This document shows positions 27,912 through 38,201 of a stretch of 64,000 nucleotides of DNA, in pieces; the stretch's first letter is position 1, and each line of letters starts with the position of its first letter. This DNA is from a candidate division WWE3 bacterium (GTDB lineage: Bacteria; Patescibacteriota; WWE3; 2-01-FULL-39-13), in the NCBI GenBank assembly GCA_943354835.1, contig CALRDH010000003.1, positions 104,496 through 168,495 on the forward strand, written 5' to 3'. The translations under genes and the position numbers were made by a program. The notes below the pieces were generated by a model. That model was not told the origin of the DNA, made no database searches, and saw nothing but the letters and a program-made list of their open reading frames with translations.

Positions 27912-30288
27912 AAAATTCTCAATTTGGAATATAGAAATTTACATATTTGCGTTGAAAGTTGCATTAGCCTTTATTGCATTAATTCTATTTACGAGAAGAA
28001 CCTGGGCTGGCGAAGACGCGTTTATATTTTTCAGATATATAGACAATCTAGTAAATGGGAGGGGGTTAGTTTTTAATATTGGCGAAAGAGTTGAAGGATT
28101 TACTTCTCCTTTATGGATATTCTTTCTATCATCAATAAGCCTATTTACATCTCTCGGACTTAGACAAATCGCTATAATCGCAGGACTGTTTTTATCAACC
28201 TTGTCTATTTTGATAATTTTGTTCTTTGACAGTAGTAAAAAATTGTTTTTCCCAATCGGTGTAATTTTACTAATCACAAATTCTGCATTTAGGGATTTTG
28301 CGACAAGTGGATTTGAGACTTCACTAACGTATTTATTATTAACAACTATTGCGATTTTGGTGAAAAAGAATCAAATATGGAAACATCCAATTCAATTAGG
28401 GATTTTATCATCACTTTTGGTTCTAAATAGACCAGAAGCCTTACTGTTTGTTTTCTATATTTTCTTGGTTATCTGTATAAATGGCTTAATATTAATACGT
28501 ACTAAAGTAGTTTCACTTGATACCCTCATTAGCAAATTAATTTACTTTTCATTCCCTGTAATTTTAATAGTAGGCGGTTATCAAATCTTTCGAATGGGAT
28601 ATTTCGCATCTATCCTACCAAATACATTTTATGCAAAAAAAGGTGGCGAATTCTATATGTCGCAAGGACTTTTTTATCTCAAAGATTTCGTTTCTGCATA
28701 TTGGTTTTCATTCGCAATTATATTTCTTGGAATTACAATCTTGACAAGATCAAAGCTCCCTTTTAAACTCTCAAAAATATTTTTTGACGGCGAAGTTCAC
28801 GTATTTGTAATGTCACTGCTTCCACTTTTATACGTTTTATATTCTGGAGGAGACTACATGCACGGAAGATCATTATTAATGACTTTTTTATTAATTTGCA
28901 TCGCGATAAATAGTGTTTTTGAGAAATATACAAAACCTTCATTTTTATCCCTTTTTTACTCGGCAGTTTCTATCGCAATTATTTGTCTAATATCTGTTTC
29001 ACAAATCCCAATCACATCTGTTGCAGGTAAACAAATAAATGGAATTAAAGACGAAAGATTTCACTTCGGGTTTGGATATAACAAAGGAAAATTTAAAGAA
29101 TATTTTGATGAAAGAATCACAGGGCAATTTAACTGGGCAAACAGAGGCTATTATTATAAAGAATTAAGTGATGCGCTAAGAATACCAATTAGCGTTGTTA
29201 TGGGTAACATCGGGTTTTTTGGATACGCAGCAGAAGAAAATGTTAATGTGATGGGAAGTTCACTTTCTGACCCATATCTTTCAAGATTCCCTGTCAGAAT
29301 ACGTGGAACGATTGGACATGAAGGCGAAGCTCACAACGACTATGTATTTTCGAGGAAACCTAATTTCGCGTATACACCATATGTAATTTGGAATGAAGCT
29401 GGGCATTTTAAATATGATAAAGCAGAACATTCAACGGCAATTGTAGGAGATGGTGACGGAAGTTTTATACCAGTTTTTGATTTATCAAATAAGGAATTTT
29501 TGCAAAAATTTTCAACGCTCACAGGTCATGATGTAAAAGTAGAGCTGGACGCATCAATAATGAAATATTTACAAGATGTATCAAAACAAAAACCACTAAA
29601 AAACTTCGAAGATACAACTGATTTTTTTGGATTTTTAGCTACATATTGGGCACCATATGCAAATCAAAAAGATAAAACTTTTTTTGACGACATGAGAAAT
29701 AACTTATGGGGAAATCATGTCTTAAGCGAATATGAGGTTTTTAATTTAAAGCTAAAGAATAAGTCAGAAAGTTTCTTGTCCCATGCAACATCAAAACTCA
29801 ATTCAAAATCTTTTGTGGAAAATATGAAATTTGCCATTCAAAATATCAGCAAAAACACAAACGATTACGACTACATACTATCAATCAATGATGAAAAAGA
29901 TTTAACCCAAAAAGGAGTAACAACATCAGACAGCATTATTTTCGACAAAGTTTATGGAATATTTTATGTTACACCAGGACCCCAAATAGGAGATATTAAG
30001 TTAAGCGTGAATCCAGAAAAATATACTAGGGAAAGTTATGTTTTAAAGATAATCTACAGAATTGCAAAATTTGAAAATTCATTGTCTGTTGCTTGTGAAA
30101 AATGTTCTGATAAACGAATAATATATAAACACGATCCAACTATTTTAGGTGAAAGTCAAGATAAAGTTGAAATACATCTAGACATTACAAAGGAAATATC
30201 AGAAACTGGAGAAATTACTGTACAATTAGATAGACCACAAGGCCCAGCAGCTTTTGAAGTAGGAGTAATTTCAATTGAGTTATTTTAA
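27895..30288 (+). CDS. Large polytopic membrane protein, GT-C-like glycosyltransferase candidate with a ~400-aa C-terminal soluble domain
   Basis: 797 aa. The N-terminal ~400 aa has about 11 TM helices, with an acidic motif AGEDAFIFFRY in the first loop. Confidence 0.45.
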   Translation: MIGNSKKFSIWNIEIYIFALKVALAFIALILFTRRTWAGEDAFIFFRYIDNLVNGRGLVFNIGERVEGFTSPLWIFFLSSISLFTSLGLRQIAIIAGLFLSTLSILIILFFDSSKKLFFPIGVILLITNSAFRDFATSGFETSLTYLLLTTIAILVKKNQIWKHPIQLGILSSLLVLNRPEALLFVFYIFLVICINGLILIRTKVVSLDTLISKLIYFSFPVILIVGGYQIFRMGYFASILPNTFYAKKGGEFYMSQGLFYLKDFVSAYWFSFAIIFLGITILTRSKLPFKLSKIFFDGEVHVFVMSLLPLLYVLYSGGDYMHGRSLLMTFLLICIAINSVFEKYTKPSFLSLFYSAVSIAIICLISVSQIPITSVAGKQINGIKDERFHFGFGYNKGKFKEYFDERITGQFNWANRGYYYKELSDALRIPISVVMGNIGFFGYAAEENVNVMGSSLSDPYLSRFPVRIRGTIGHEGEAHNDYVFSRKPNFAYTPYVIWNEAGHFKYDKAEHSTAIVGDGDGSFIPVFDLSNKEFLQKFSTLTGHDVKVELDASIMKYLQDVSKQKPLKNFEDTTDFFGFLATYWAPYANQKDKTFFDDMRNNLWGNHVLSEYEVFNLKLKNKSESFLSHATSKLNSKSFVENMKFAIQNISKNTNDYDYILSINDEKDLTQKGVTTSDSIIFDKVYGIFYVTPGPQIGDIKLSVNPEKYTRESYVLKIIYRIAKFENSLSVACEKCSDKRIIYKHDPTILGESQDKVEIHLDITKEISETGEITVQLDRPQGPAAFEVGVISIELF

Positions 30289-30296
30289 TAATTAAT

Positions 30297-31043
30297 ATGC
30301 CAAGTGAATTTGCGGTTTCACTATCAGTGGGCACACAGGAGCTAGCACCACAAGTAAATAAAATTATAGAAATCTGCGAACAAAGGGACGTAAGCCCAAT
30401 TGTTATTCTCGCAGGACATTTAACACTTGACCCGCTTGGATCGGGGAATGCAATTCAAACAGCCCAACAGTATCCATATGGAGTTGTTGTCCCAGTATTA
30501 GCAGAAGAAGGAACTTTTTCAATGGCATATTTAAAAGGTTGGAAAACAGGGGCAGAATTGGCCCAAAATGTAATCAGTCTTGATGCAGATGGATCGCATG
30601 ATCCAATGCAAATCTTAGAATTTATCGATGCACTAAGAACTGGTTCCAAAGCCGTACTAGGAAGTAGAAATATGCCAGGATCAAAAAATAATTATCCATT
30701 ACAACGAAGAATAATATCTGGATTAGGCACTATGGTCGCAAGTACAATATTAAATCCAACTGGTCCAAGATTAACTGATTTTACTAGTGAATTCGAGGGA
30801 ATAAATTCGCAAACGATAAAAGAAATGTTCCATCAAACGCCAGCAAACTCATGGATAAGTGCAACACATGGTCCATATCACTTACAAAACACAGAGTTAA
30901 GAATGAGGTTATTACAAACAGGAATACAAATAGATGAATTACCAATAGAATATGGGACTAATCGTATAGGTAAAAAACTAAAAATGGATTACCTATTCAA
31001 AGCTTTATATGGATTCACACTCCTTATAAAGAACAATATTTAA
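30297..31043 (+). CDS. GT2-like glycosyltransferase (polyprenol-phosphate sugar synthase-like), atypical N-terminus
   Basis: ...VISLDADGSHDP...AVLGSRNMPGS...RIISGLGTMVAS resembles the DPM1/ArnC catalytic core. Confidence 0.5.
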   Translation: MPSEFAVSLSVGTQELAPQVNKIIEICEQRDVSPIVILAGHLTLDPLGSGNAIQTAQQYPYGVVVPVLAEEGTFSMAYLKGWKTGAELAQNVISLDADGSHDPMQILEFIDALRTGSKAVLGSRNMPGSKNNYPLQRRIISGLGTMVASTILNPTGPRLTDFTSEFEGINSQTIKEMFHQTPANSWISATHGPYHLQNTELRMRLLQTGIQIDELPIEYGTNRIGKKLKMDYLFKALYGFTLLIKNNI

Positions 31044-31092
31044 ATTTAGAGTTGTGATTTTTGTTAGATTTTATTATAGTAAAGGAACGATT

Positions 31093-32031
31093 ATGCAAAA
31101 AGATTCTAAAATTTATATAGCAGGACACGCGGGTTTGATGGGGGCTGCTATTATAAGAAGGCTTAAGGCAGATGGCTATACGAATTTGGTTTATAAAACT
31201 CACAGTGAGCTTGAGTTAATGGACGATGTTGCAGTTGATAATTTTTTCAAAAATGAACAACCAGAGTATGTGTTCTTATTTGCCGCTAAAGTTGGAGGAA
31301 TTATTTCAAATCGCGACCATCCAGCAGAATTCCTTTATGAAAATTTAAAGATTGAACTTAATGTGATAGGAAATGCGCATAAATATAAAGTTAAGAAGTT
31401 AATGATGCCAGGATCTACTTGCATATATCCAAAACTTGCAGAGCAACCACTTAAGGAGGAAAGTTTATTGGCTGGCCTTCTAGAACCAACTAACGAAGCA
31501 TATGCAATAGCAAAGATTTCAGGAATAAAACTTTGCCAATCTTTTAATAAACAATATGGCACGAATTTCATATCAGTAATGCCAACAAGTATTTATGGAC
31601 CAAATGATAATTTTGATCCTGCCGAATCACACGTTATTCCAGCGCTTATAAGAAGATTCCATGATGCGAAAATTAACAAACTTGAATCTGTTGTAATGTG
31701 GGGAACGGGAACTCCAAGACGCGAATTTATGCATGTAGACGATATGGCCGATGCACTTGTTTATCTTATGAATAACTATGATGGGTCTGAACTTATAAAT
31801 ATTGGTATGGGCAATGATATTCCAATTAACGATTTAGCATCGGGAATAGCAAAGGTCATCGGATATGAAGGCAAAATTGAGCATGATTTAACAAAACCAG
31901 ATGGAACGCCAAGAAAACTTGTCGATACAAGTAAACTAGATGAAACTGGATGGAAGCCAAAAGTAACACTCGAAGATGGGCTCAAAGAAACATACAAATG
32001 GTTTTTGGGGAATATTGTAAACAAAGAATAA
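31093..32031 (+). CDS. fcl: GDP-L-fucose synthase-type GDP-4-keto-6-deoxymannose 3,5-epimerase/4-reductase (Fcl/ColC family)
   Basis: KIYIAGHAGLMGAAIIRRL...VFLFAAKVGGIISNRDHPAEFLYENLKIELNVI...PGSTCIYPK is the classic Fcl signature. The track ORF starts earlier, at 31054. Confidence 0.85.
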   Translation: MQKDSKIYIAGHAGLMGAAIIRRLKADGYTNLVYKTHSELELMDDVAVDNFFKNEQPEYVFLFAAKVGGIISNRDHPAEFLYENLKIELNVIGNAHKYKVKKLMMPGSTCIYPKLAEQPLKEESLLAGLLEPTNEAYAIAKISGIKLCQSFNKQYGTNFISVMPTSIYGPNDNFDPAESHVIPALIRRFHDAKINKLESVVMWGTGTPRREFMHVDDMADALVYLMNNYDGSELINIGMGNDIPINDLASGIAKVIGYEGKIEHDLTKPDGTPRKLVDTSKLDETGWKPKVTLEDGLKETYKWFLGNIVNKE

Positions 32032-32032
32032 G

Positions 32033-32527
32033 CTAAATCGATTTTAATATCTTCTGAATTATCTTCGTTGAAGAAATATTATCATACTGATCCGGACATT
32101 TCCTTTCCATAATAACCATTTCAACCTTGTATTTATCAATAATTCCACGTCTAAGATCCATATTAAAACCATCAGAATTAACCGCGTAAATGTCTGGTCT
32201 AAGAATACTTAATGCAACGTCAAGCGAACTTAACGGAACATTGAACTCCCCAAGAGTGTCTATGTATGCATAATCAACAGGCTTAAGCGAACTTATCATT
32301 TTCACCCTTAAATATTCATTAAGAATAGGCCTCCCTTCACCTTTATTATATTTAATAATTGCATCACTACCCACACCAACAATAAGTATGTCTCCGAGTT
32401 TTTTTGAATCTTCTAAAAAAAGGATATGACCTGCATGAGTTAAATCAAATGATCCTGTACACAAAATAATTCTCTGATTATAATGTCTCGATCTTATATT
32501 AGGTAAATCTTTTGGATCAATAATCAC
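32033..32527 (-). CDS. Cytidylyltransferase-like nucleotidyltransferase (RfaE domain II / TagD-like)
   Basis: 164 aa. ...IILCTGSFDLTHAGHILFLEDSKKLGDILIVGVGSD is the HxGH nucleotidyltransferase motif. Confidence 0.65.
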   Translation of the reverse strand: MIIDPKDLPNIRSRHYNQRIILCTGSFDLTHAGHILFLEDSKKLGDILIVGVGSDAIIKYNKGEGRPILNEYLRVKMISSLKPVDYAYIDTLGEFNVPLSSLDVALSILRPDIYAVNSDGFNMDLRRGIIDKYKVEMVIMERKCPDQYDNISSTKIIQKILKSI

Positions 32528-32545
32528 AAGACAAGTTTACAACAT

Positions 32546-33391
32546 CTAGCCAATCCTGTTTTTAATCTCACGATCTACGATCTCTGGCAGTTCGTATGGC
32601 TCAAAAACTGTCATTTCAGGGTTTCTGTCTAAAATTACATCAGTCAAAAGTTCTTGTATTCTAGTACTGCATTCTTCCTGGGCTTGAGAAGTCGTTCTGC
32701 CACCATAAAATCTTCTACCGTCTTCATCTTCTTTAGCATATCGTATTCTATTCCCTGCTAATCTTTGATTTAAAGCATTGCTCATACTTCCGCCTTCATT
32801 ACGAACAACTCCAGGAACCCATTTAGATCCATCAGTATAATCATCAATATAATGTTGCACTAAAAATGCTATTTTGACATCGTGGTCAGACGTAAGGCCA
32901 ACTTCGTTGGCTTTAATTAATTCATTCAAGACATCTTCTGAAGCTAAAACACCTTGAGCTCCAGATGCACTTGCAATAAATTTCGCTTTAGATGAAATTG
33001 AAGCTTGCTCTTTTAGAATTTCAGCGCTCAAACCTGTAACTGTATTCTGTTTTTCTTCTGGAGTTCCATCAACCTCACCACTTCTAATTGATGTAATTTC
33101 CTGCTTTTTTCTAAAATCATGAACACCAGCAGCTACCATTGCATTATGCTTTAAATCTGGGGGAAACCCGAGTAAATCAGCAAATATCTCTGCTCTCGCA
33201 GCTTCTACCAAACAATGTTCCGTAACATTCCCCCATCCTCTTTTTATATGCTCACCCTTGAACTCCTCAGAGTCATAATGCCCATGTTCTACGTGCAAAT
33301 CAATTGCGGGATGAATACGCCTTCCAATATTTGCAAAATAGATTGATTTTCTATTTTCGAAATCAGATTTAAGTTCTAAATCTTCAGACAT
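32546..33391 (-). CDS. Hypothetical protein, possible HD-domain phosphohydrolase
   Basis: 281 aa. An H...HD arrangement (TEHCL...AAGVHDF). No stronger assignment possible by eye. Confidence 0.3.
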   Translation of the reverse strand: MSEDLELKSDFENRKSIYFANIGRRIHPAIDLHVEHGHYDSEEFKGEHIKRGWGNVTEHCLVEAARAEIFADLLGFPPDLKHNAMVAAGVHDFRKKQEITSIRSGEVDGTPEEKQNTVTGLSAEILKEQASISSKAKFIASASGAQGVLASEDVLNELIKANEVGLTSDHDVKIAFLVQHYIDDYTDGSKWVPGVVRNEGGSMSNALNQRLAGNRIRYAKEDEDGRRFYGGRTTSQAQEECSTRIQELLTDVILDRNPEMTVFEPYELPEIVDREIKNRIG

Positions 33392-33465
33392 AATAGCGTA
33401 GTATTAACACATTGAATTCAAAAATCAAAAAAACTAAGCACATCATTCTATAACAATCACAGTAT

Positions 33466-34197
33466 GTGATAGTATTTGAATTATTAATGGTAGCAATTAA
33501 TTCAATACTAGAAGATTTAGGTTCAAAATCAATGCAAGATGAACCATTTCTATATCATCGAGATCATTCACATTCTTTAGATTCGATACAAAATATAGGA
33601 ATGCCAAAAGGTGGAAGAGGACTTGCTGAATACGAAGCGACATTAAATTTTAATAGAGATGAATTACAAAATAAAACAGTACTAGATCTAGGGGCAGGCC
33701 CCAGATTAAAACTATATAACGAATTAAAAGACATTGGCGCGCACGTAATTTCAATGAGCCCCGATTTTTCAAACCCAGTACATGCAATTAGAGCACGAAT
33801 ATCGACTGATTTACGAGGCAAAGACAACATGGTCGCAGCCGTCGGACAAAGGATTCAATTTCAAGACGAAACATTTGATGCAGTGTTTGCATTGAATTGC
33901 CATATACCATTTGGAACAACAATACTCAGGGCGACACTATCAGAAATGGCCAGAATTCTTAAAAAGGGTGGTACGGCAAGAATTGGACCTTTTTATGAAG
34001 TCCCACATCATCCAAATCTTTTCAGAAAATTTATAGAAATGGATCCAAACATGACTGAGGTGCTCAATCATTACAGAGTCCAAACAGTTGCTGAAGCAAT
34101 TCCTACCAGCATAGTACCAATGATGCTAGTGTCAGATGATGATGGCGATAAAGCGATGGAACCATCTTTTAAAATTGTAATGCGGAAATCTATTTAG
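33466..34197 (+). CDS. Class I SAM-dependent methyltransferase
   Basis: VLDLGAGPRLKLYNEL (motif I) and ...DAVFALNCHIPF. Confidence 0.6.
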   Translation: MIVFELLMVAINSILEDLGSKSMQDEPFLYHRDHSHSLDSIQNIGMPKGGRGLAEYEATLNFNRDELQNKTVLDLGAGPRLKLYNELKDIGAHVISMSPDFSNPVHAIRARISTDLRGKDNMVAAVGQRIQFQDETFDAVFALNCHIPFGTTILRATLSEMARILKKGGTARIGPFYEVPHHPNLFRKFIEMDPNMTEVLNHYRVQTVAEAIPTSIVPMMLVSDDDGDKAMEPSFKIVMRKSI

Positions 34198-34229
34198 CTG
34201 TTATTTGCGACTTCCATAAAATATAAAAT

Positions 34230-35327
34230 GTGGTTATTATCATGTGTATGAAACAGGACAAGACAAAAAAAGCACTTATATCAGGCATCAGCGGTCAAGA
34301 TGGTTCATATTTAGCCGAACTTCTTTTACAAAAAGGTTATGAGGTTCACGGAATCAGACGAAGGACAAGCCTTTTTAATTCGGCACGATTTGATCATCTA
34401 TTTGATCATCTATACGAAGAAGCACAAGACCCCGACGCTAAATTGCATCTTCACTATGGCGATCTATCAGATTCATCTTCATTATATAAAATTGTTTCCG
34501 ACGTAAAACCCGATGAAATTTATAATCTTGGGGCCCAAAGTCATGTCGGAGTAAGTTTTAATATTCCAGAATATACAGGTGACGTAGTAGGACTTGGAGT
34601 TGTAAGACTTCTTGAAGCAATAAAACAATCAGGCTGTAATGCAAAATTCTACCAAGCATCTTCAAGTGAAATGTTTGGAAAAGTTCTAGAAACACCACAA
34701 AAAGAAACAACACCATTTTATCCAAGATCACCATATGGTGTCGCAAAAGTTTATGCATACTGGATAACAAAAAACTATAGAGAAAGTTATGGGATGTTCA
34801 CGTGTAACGGCATTTTATTTAACCATGAATCTCCACGTAGAGGAAGAACATTTGTAACAAGAAAAATCACACGTGCAGTTGCTTTGATATTACAAGGTAA
34901 GTTGGAAACGCTTTACTTGGGCAATTTAGACTCATCACGCGACTGGGGCCACGCAAAAGACTATGTAAATGCTATGTGGCTCATGATGCAACACAAAATC
35001 CCAGACGATTACGTTGTCGCTTCTGGTGAAACACACACTGTAAGAGAATTTGTAGAAAAAGCGTTTAAATACGTAAATATAGATATCGTTTGGCATGGCA
35101 AAGGGGTGGATGAAATTGGAATAGACAAAAAAACAAAAAAAACACTGGTAAAAAGCGACCCAATATACTTTAGGCCAGCAGAAGTCGAATTATTACTCGG
35201 AGATCCGACTAAAGCAAAAAAAGAGCTTAAATGGAAAATGCAATATACTTTCGATGAAATGATAAATGAAATGATGGAATTTGACCTTACAAACGAAGCG
35301 AAAAAAAACGGATATTTAGATTATTAA
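34230..35327 (+). CDS. gmd: GDP-mannose 4,6-dehydratase
   Basis: [21 protein letters not shown]...[12 protein letters not shown]...[13 protein letters not shown]...[10 protein letters not shown]...[10 protein letters not shown] is the unmistakable Gmd pattern. Confidence 0.9.
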   Translation: MVIIMCMKQDKTKKALISGISGQDGSYLAELLLQKGYEVHGIRRRTSLFNSARFDHLFDHLYEEAQDPDAKLHLHYGDLSDSSSLYKIVSDVKPDEIYNLGAQSHVGVSFNIPEYTGDVVGLGVVRLLEAIKQSGCNAKFYQASSSEMFGKVLETPQKETTPFYPRSPYGVAKVYAYWITKNYRESYGMFTCNGILFNHESPRRGRTFVTRKITRAVALILQGKLETLYLGNLDSSRDWGHAKDYVNAMWLMMQHKIPDDYVVASGETHTVREFVEKAFKYVNIDIVWHGKGVDEIGIDKKTKKTLVKSDPIYFRPAEVELLLGDPTKAKKELKWKMQYTFDEMINEMMEFDLTNEAKKNGYLDY

Positions 35328-35341
35328 TTGCAAATACGAAT

Positions 35342-36205
35342 ATGACAAAAGTTAAAGTGATTGATCTTCAAATCAAAGGGACTAGAATCCGTCGTGATGT
35401 TATTGACTTAGTAACAAGATCCCGCGATGGTCATATTCCATCTGCACAATCAATGGTAGAAATTTTATCCGTCCTTTATTATCACATTCTCAACGTAGAC
35501 CCGAAAAACCCAAATAAACCTGATAGAGATAGATTTATACTTAGTAAAGGGCATGGATGTGCTTCACTATATGCAGTATTGGCAGACTTGGGGTTTTTCC
35601 CACGATCTGAATTAGAAAAATACGCAACAATGAGTGGTATATTGGGTGGTCACCCAGAAATGCAAAAAGTTCCTGGAATCGAAGTTTCAACAGGATCACT
35701 CGGGCATGGATTTCCAATGGGGGTTGGCATGGCAATGTCAGCAAAACTAAATAATCAAAAGCACAAAGTATATTGCGTAGTTGGCGATGGCGAATGCAAC
35801 GAAGGAACTATATGGGAAGCTGCTAATATCTCCGCACATTTTAAACTTGATAACCTTGTTGTGATTGTTGATCACAACAAGCAACAAGCTAGTGGTGACG
35901 TTTTTGAAATAATGAATCCACACCTACTTTCTGAAAAGTGGAAATCATTTGGATGGGAAACTATTGAGTTAGATGGACACAACATAGAAAGCCTACATAA
36001 AGCTTTTACATCACTTCCATTTAAATCTGGAAAACCTTCAGCAATAATTGCAAATACCATAAAAGGAAAAGGCATTTCATTTATGGAAAACGAAAGAAGA
36101 TGGCATACAGCAATTCCAAACGAAGAAGAATTTAAATTAGCAATGGCAGAACTAGATGAACAAGAAAAACAACTAACGAAGATAAAAGGAGGCAGTAAAA
36201 AATGA
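35342..36205 (+). CDS. Transketolase, N-terminal (ThDP/PP-domain) subunit of a split enzyme
   Basis: ...ILSKGHGCASLYAVLADLGF...GSLGHGFPMGVGMA...VVGDGECNEGTIWEAANISAHFKLDNLVVIVDHNKQQ. Confidence 0.85.
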   Translation: MTKVKVIDLQIKGTRIRRDVIDLVTRSRDGHIPSAQSMVEILSVLYYHILNVDPKNPNKPDRDRFILSKGHGCASLYAVLADLGFFPRSELEKYATMSGILGGHPEMQKVPGIEVSTGSLGHGFPMGVGMAMSAKLNNQKHKVYCVVGDGECNEGTIWEAANISAHFKLDNLVVIVDHNKQQASGDVFEIMNPHLLSEKWKSFGWETIELDGHNIESLHKAFTSLPFKSGKPSAIIANTIKGKGISFMENERRWHTAIPNEEEFKLAMAELDEQEKQLTKIKGGSKK

Positions 36206-37134
36206 GAAAAGCATTTGTGGAAGCGATATCAGAGATCCTAGACACTAACGACAAAGCATTGCTTCTGATTGGAGATATTGGTGCATACCTTCTAAAAGAT
36301 ATTAGTGCAAAACATCCAAATAGAGTAATAAACATGGGCATTGCAGAAGCTGGAATGATGAGTGCAGCAGTAGGTCTTGCACTAGAAGGGTGGATTCCAT
36401 TTGTTTATACAATAACGCCGTTTGTAACCGCAAGAGCGTACGATCAAATTAGAGCGGGTGTTGGATATCATGAAGCCAATGTAAAAATAGTTGGTATCGG
36501 AAGTGGCCTTTCATATAGTGCACTTGGTGGAACACACCATTCAATAGAAGACATAGCAATGATGAGATCAATACCTGGAATGACAATCATTTCCCCATCA
36601 GATGGACCAGAAACAATACAGGCAACAAAAGCTACAGCAAATCATTTTGGACCTGTTTACCTTAGACTAATGTTAAATGTTGAACCATTAGCTATTGATA
36701 TTAAACGCAAAGAATTCAAAATAGGACAAGCTAAAAAACTTTCGAATGGCAAAGATTTAACAATAATTGCAACTGGAGAACTCGTGAAAGAAGCTTTGGA
36801 CGTTTCCGCTATGTTGCAAAAAGATAAAATATACGCAAGCATAATAAATATGAGCACGATTAAACCAATCGATAAAAAAACTATCGAATCTGAAGTTATA
36901 TCCGCACCTATTATATTCACACTCGAAGAGCACAATGTTATTGGTGGATTAGGATCAGGAGTAGCAGAAGTTATTTCTGAATCAAAGCTAAAATCAAAAC
37001 CACGATTAGTGCGACTCGGAATTCAAGATAAATTCACAAATAAATATGGCCATAAAAGCGAACTCTACGAATATCTGAATCTTGACGCGAAAAGTTTATA
37101 TAAAAGGGTTAAAAAGGAAATTAAAAATGGATAA
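36202..37134 (+). CDS. Transketolase, C-terminal (Pyr-domain + C-terminal domain) subunit
   Basis: ...INMGIAEAGMMSAAVGLALEGWIPFVYTITPFVTARAYDQIR.... 4-nt overlap with the N-terminal subunit gene. Confidence 0.85.
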   Translation: MRKAFVEAISEILDTNDKALLLIGDIGAYLLKDISAKHPNRVINMGIAEAGMMSAAVGLALEGWIPFVYTITPFVTARAYDQIRAGVGYHEANVKIVGIGSGLSYSALGGTHHSIEDIAMMRSIPGMTIISPSDGPETIQATKATANHFGPVYLRLMLNVEPLAIDIKRKEFKIGQAKKLSNGKDLTIIATGELVKEALDVSAMLQKDKIYASIINMSTIKPIDKKTIESEVISAPIIFTLEEHNVIGGLGSGVAEVISESKLKSKPRLVRLGIQDKFTNKYGHKSELYEYLNLDAKSLYKRVKKEIKNG

Positions 37135-38200
37135 ACATCTTGGAATTATATATTCGGATATAAAAGAAATAGCTCACGAAATCTCAAATATTTCAAATAA
37201 ACTTTCAGGATCAACAATAGTTATTACAGGTCCAAATGGTCTTTTAGCAAGCTACATCGTTGACACAATAGCATACTTAAATTCCGAAAAAATTCTAGAA
37301 AAACCATGCAAGGTAATCGGCCTTCAAAGGTCGGAAATAGACAAAAATAGCAGACTTGGACATTTATTAAAACGAAAAGATATAAAACTCATCCAACATG
37401 ACGTTATTGAACCATATAAATTCGCAGAAAAAATCGACTACATAATTCATTCGGCAGGAAGATCAGCCCCTGCAACTTTTCAAAGCGACCCACTTGGAAC
37501 AATTGATGTAAACGTTAAAGGTGTTAGATGGCTTCTTGATTTCGCAAAAGAAAATCCTGTAAAAAGCTTTTTATATATGAGTTCGGGTGAAACATATGGA
37601 AATCCAACACCTGAAAATATTCCAACCCCAGAAACATATGCAGGAAATGTATCAACATTCGCACCACGAGCATGCTACACAGAATCAAAAAGGCTTTCAG
37701 AAACGTTGTGCAATGTGTATTTCCAGCAGTATCAAATTCCAGTAAAAATAGCTCGTCCATTCATAGTATATGGACCCGGACTTCCAATTACTGACAGAAG
37801 AGTCATGGCCGATTTTATGAGGCTTGGGATCGAGGGAAAACCGATAGAAATGCTTTCAGAAGGCTTAGATAAACGGTCTTATTGTTATATCTTGGATGCA
37901 ACAGTGTTATTTTTCAACATGCTCCTTTCGGATTATAACGGTGAAGCTTTCAACGTCGCAAACGACACAGAAGAAATAAGCATTAGAGACTTAGCAGAAA
38001 ACATACATAATATTTGCGGAATTAAAAGTCCCGTTACTGTAAAAAAGACAGAAGACACTAAATTCATATCAGATGCTCCTAAACGCGTTTTGCCTGATAT
38101 TTCAAAAGCTAAAAAACTACTTGGATACAAACCAGAGATTGGGATTCGTGAAGGACTTAAAAGAACAATTGAATGGAACCGGGCTTTTTTCAAAAAATAA
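37127..38200 (+). CDS. NAD-dependent epimerase/dehydratase, UDP-glucuronate decarboxylase (UXS/ArnA-CTD)-like SDR
   Basis: IVITGPNGLLASYIV (Rossmann) and ...YGNPTPENIPTPETYAGNVSTFAPRACYTESKRLSE (the UXS-type YxxxK region). The start is at the ATG overlapping the previous stop. Confidence 0.75.
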   Translation: MDKHLGIIYSDIKEIAHEISNISNKLSGSTIVITGPNGLLASYIVDTIAYLNSEKILEKPCKVIGLQRSEIDKNSRLGHLLKRKDIKLIQHDVIEPYKFAEKIDYIIHSAGRSAPATFQSDPLGTIDVNVKGVRWLLDFAKENPVKSFLYMSSGETYGNPTPENIPTPETYAGNVSTFAPRACYTESKRLSETLCNVYFQQYQIPVKIARPFIVYGPGLPITDRRVMADFMRLGIEGKPIEMLSEGLDKRSYCYILDATVLFFNMLLSDYNGEAFNVANDTEEISIRDLAENIHNICGIKSPVTVKKTEDTKFISDAPKRVLPDISKAKKLLGYKPEIGIREGLKRTIEWNRAFFKK

Positions 38201-38201
38201 T

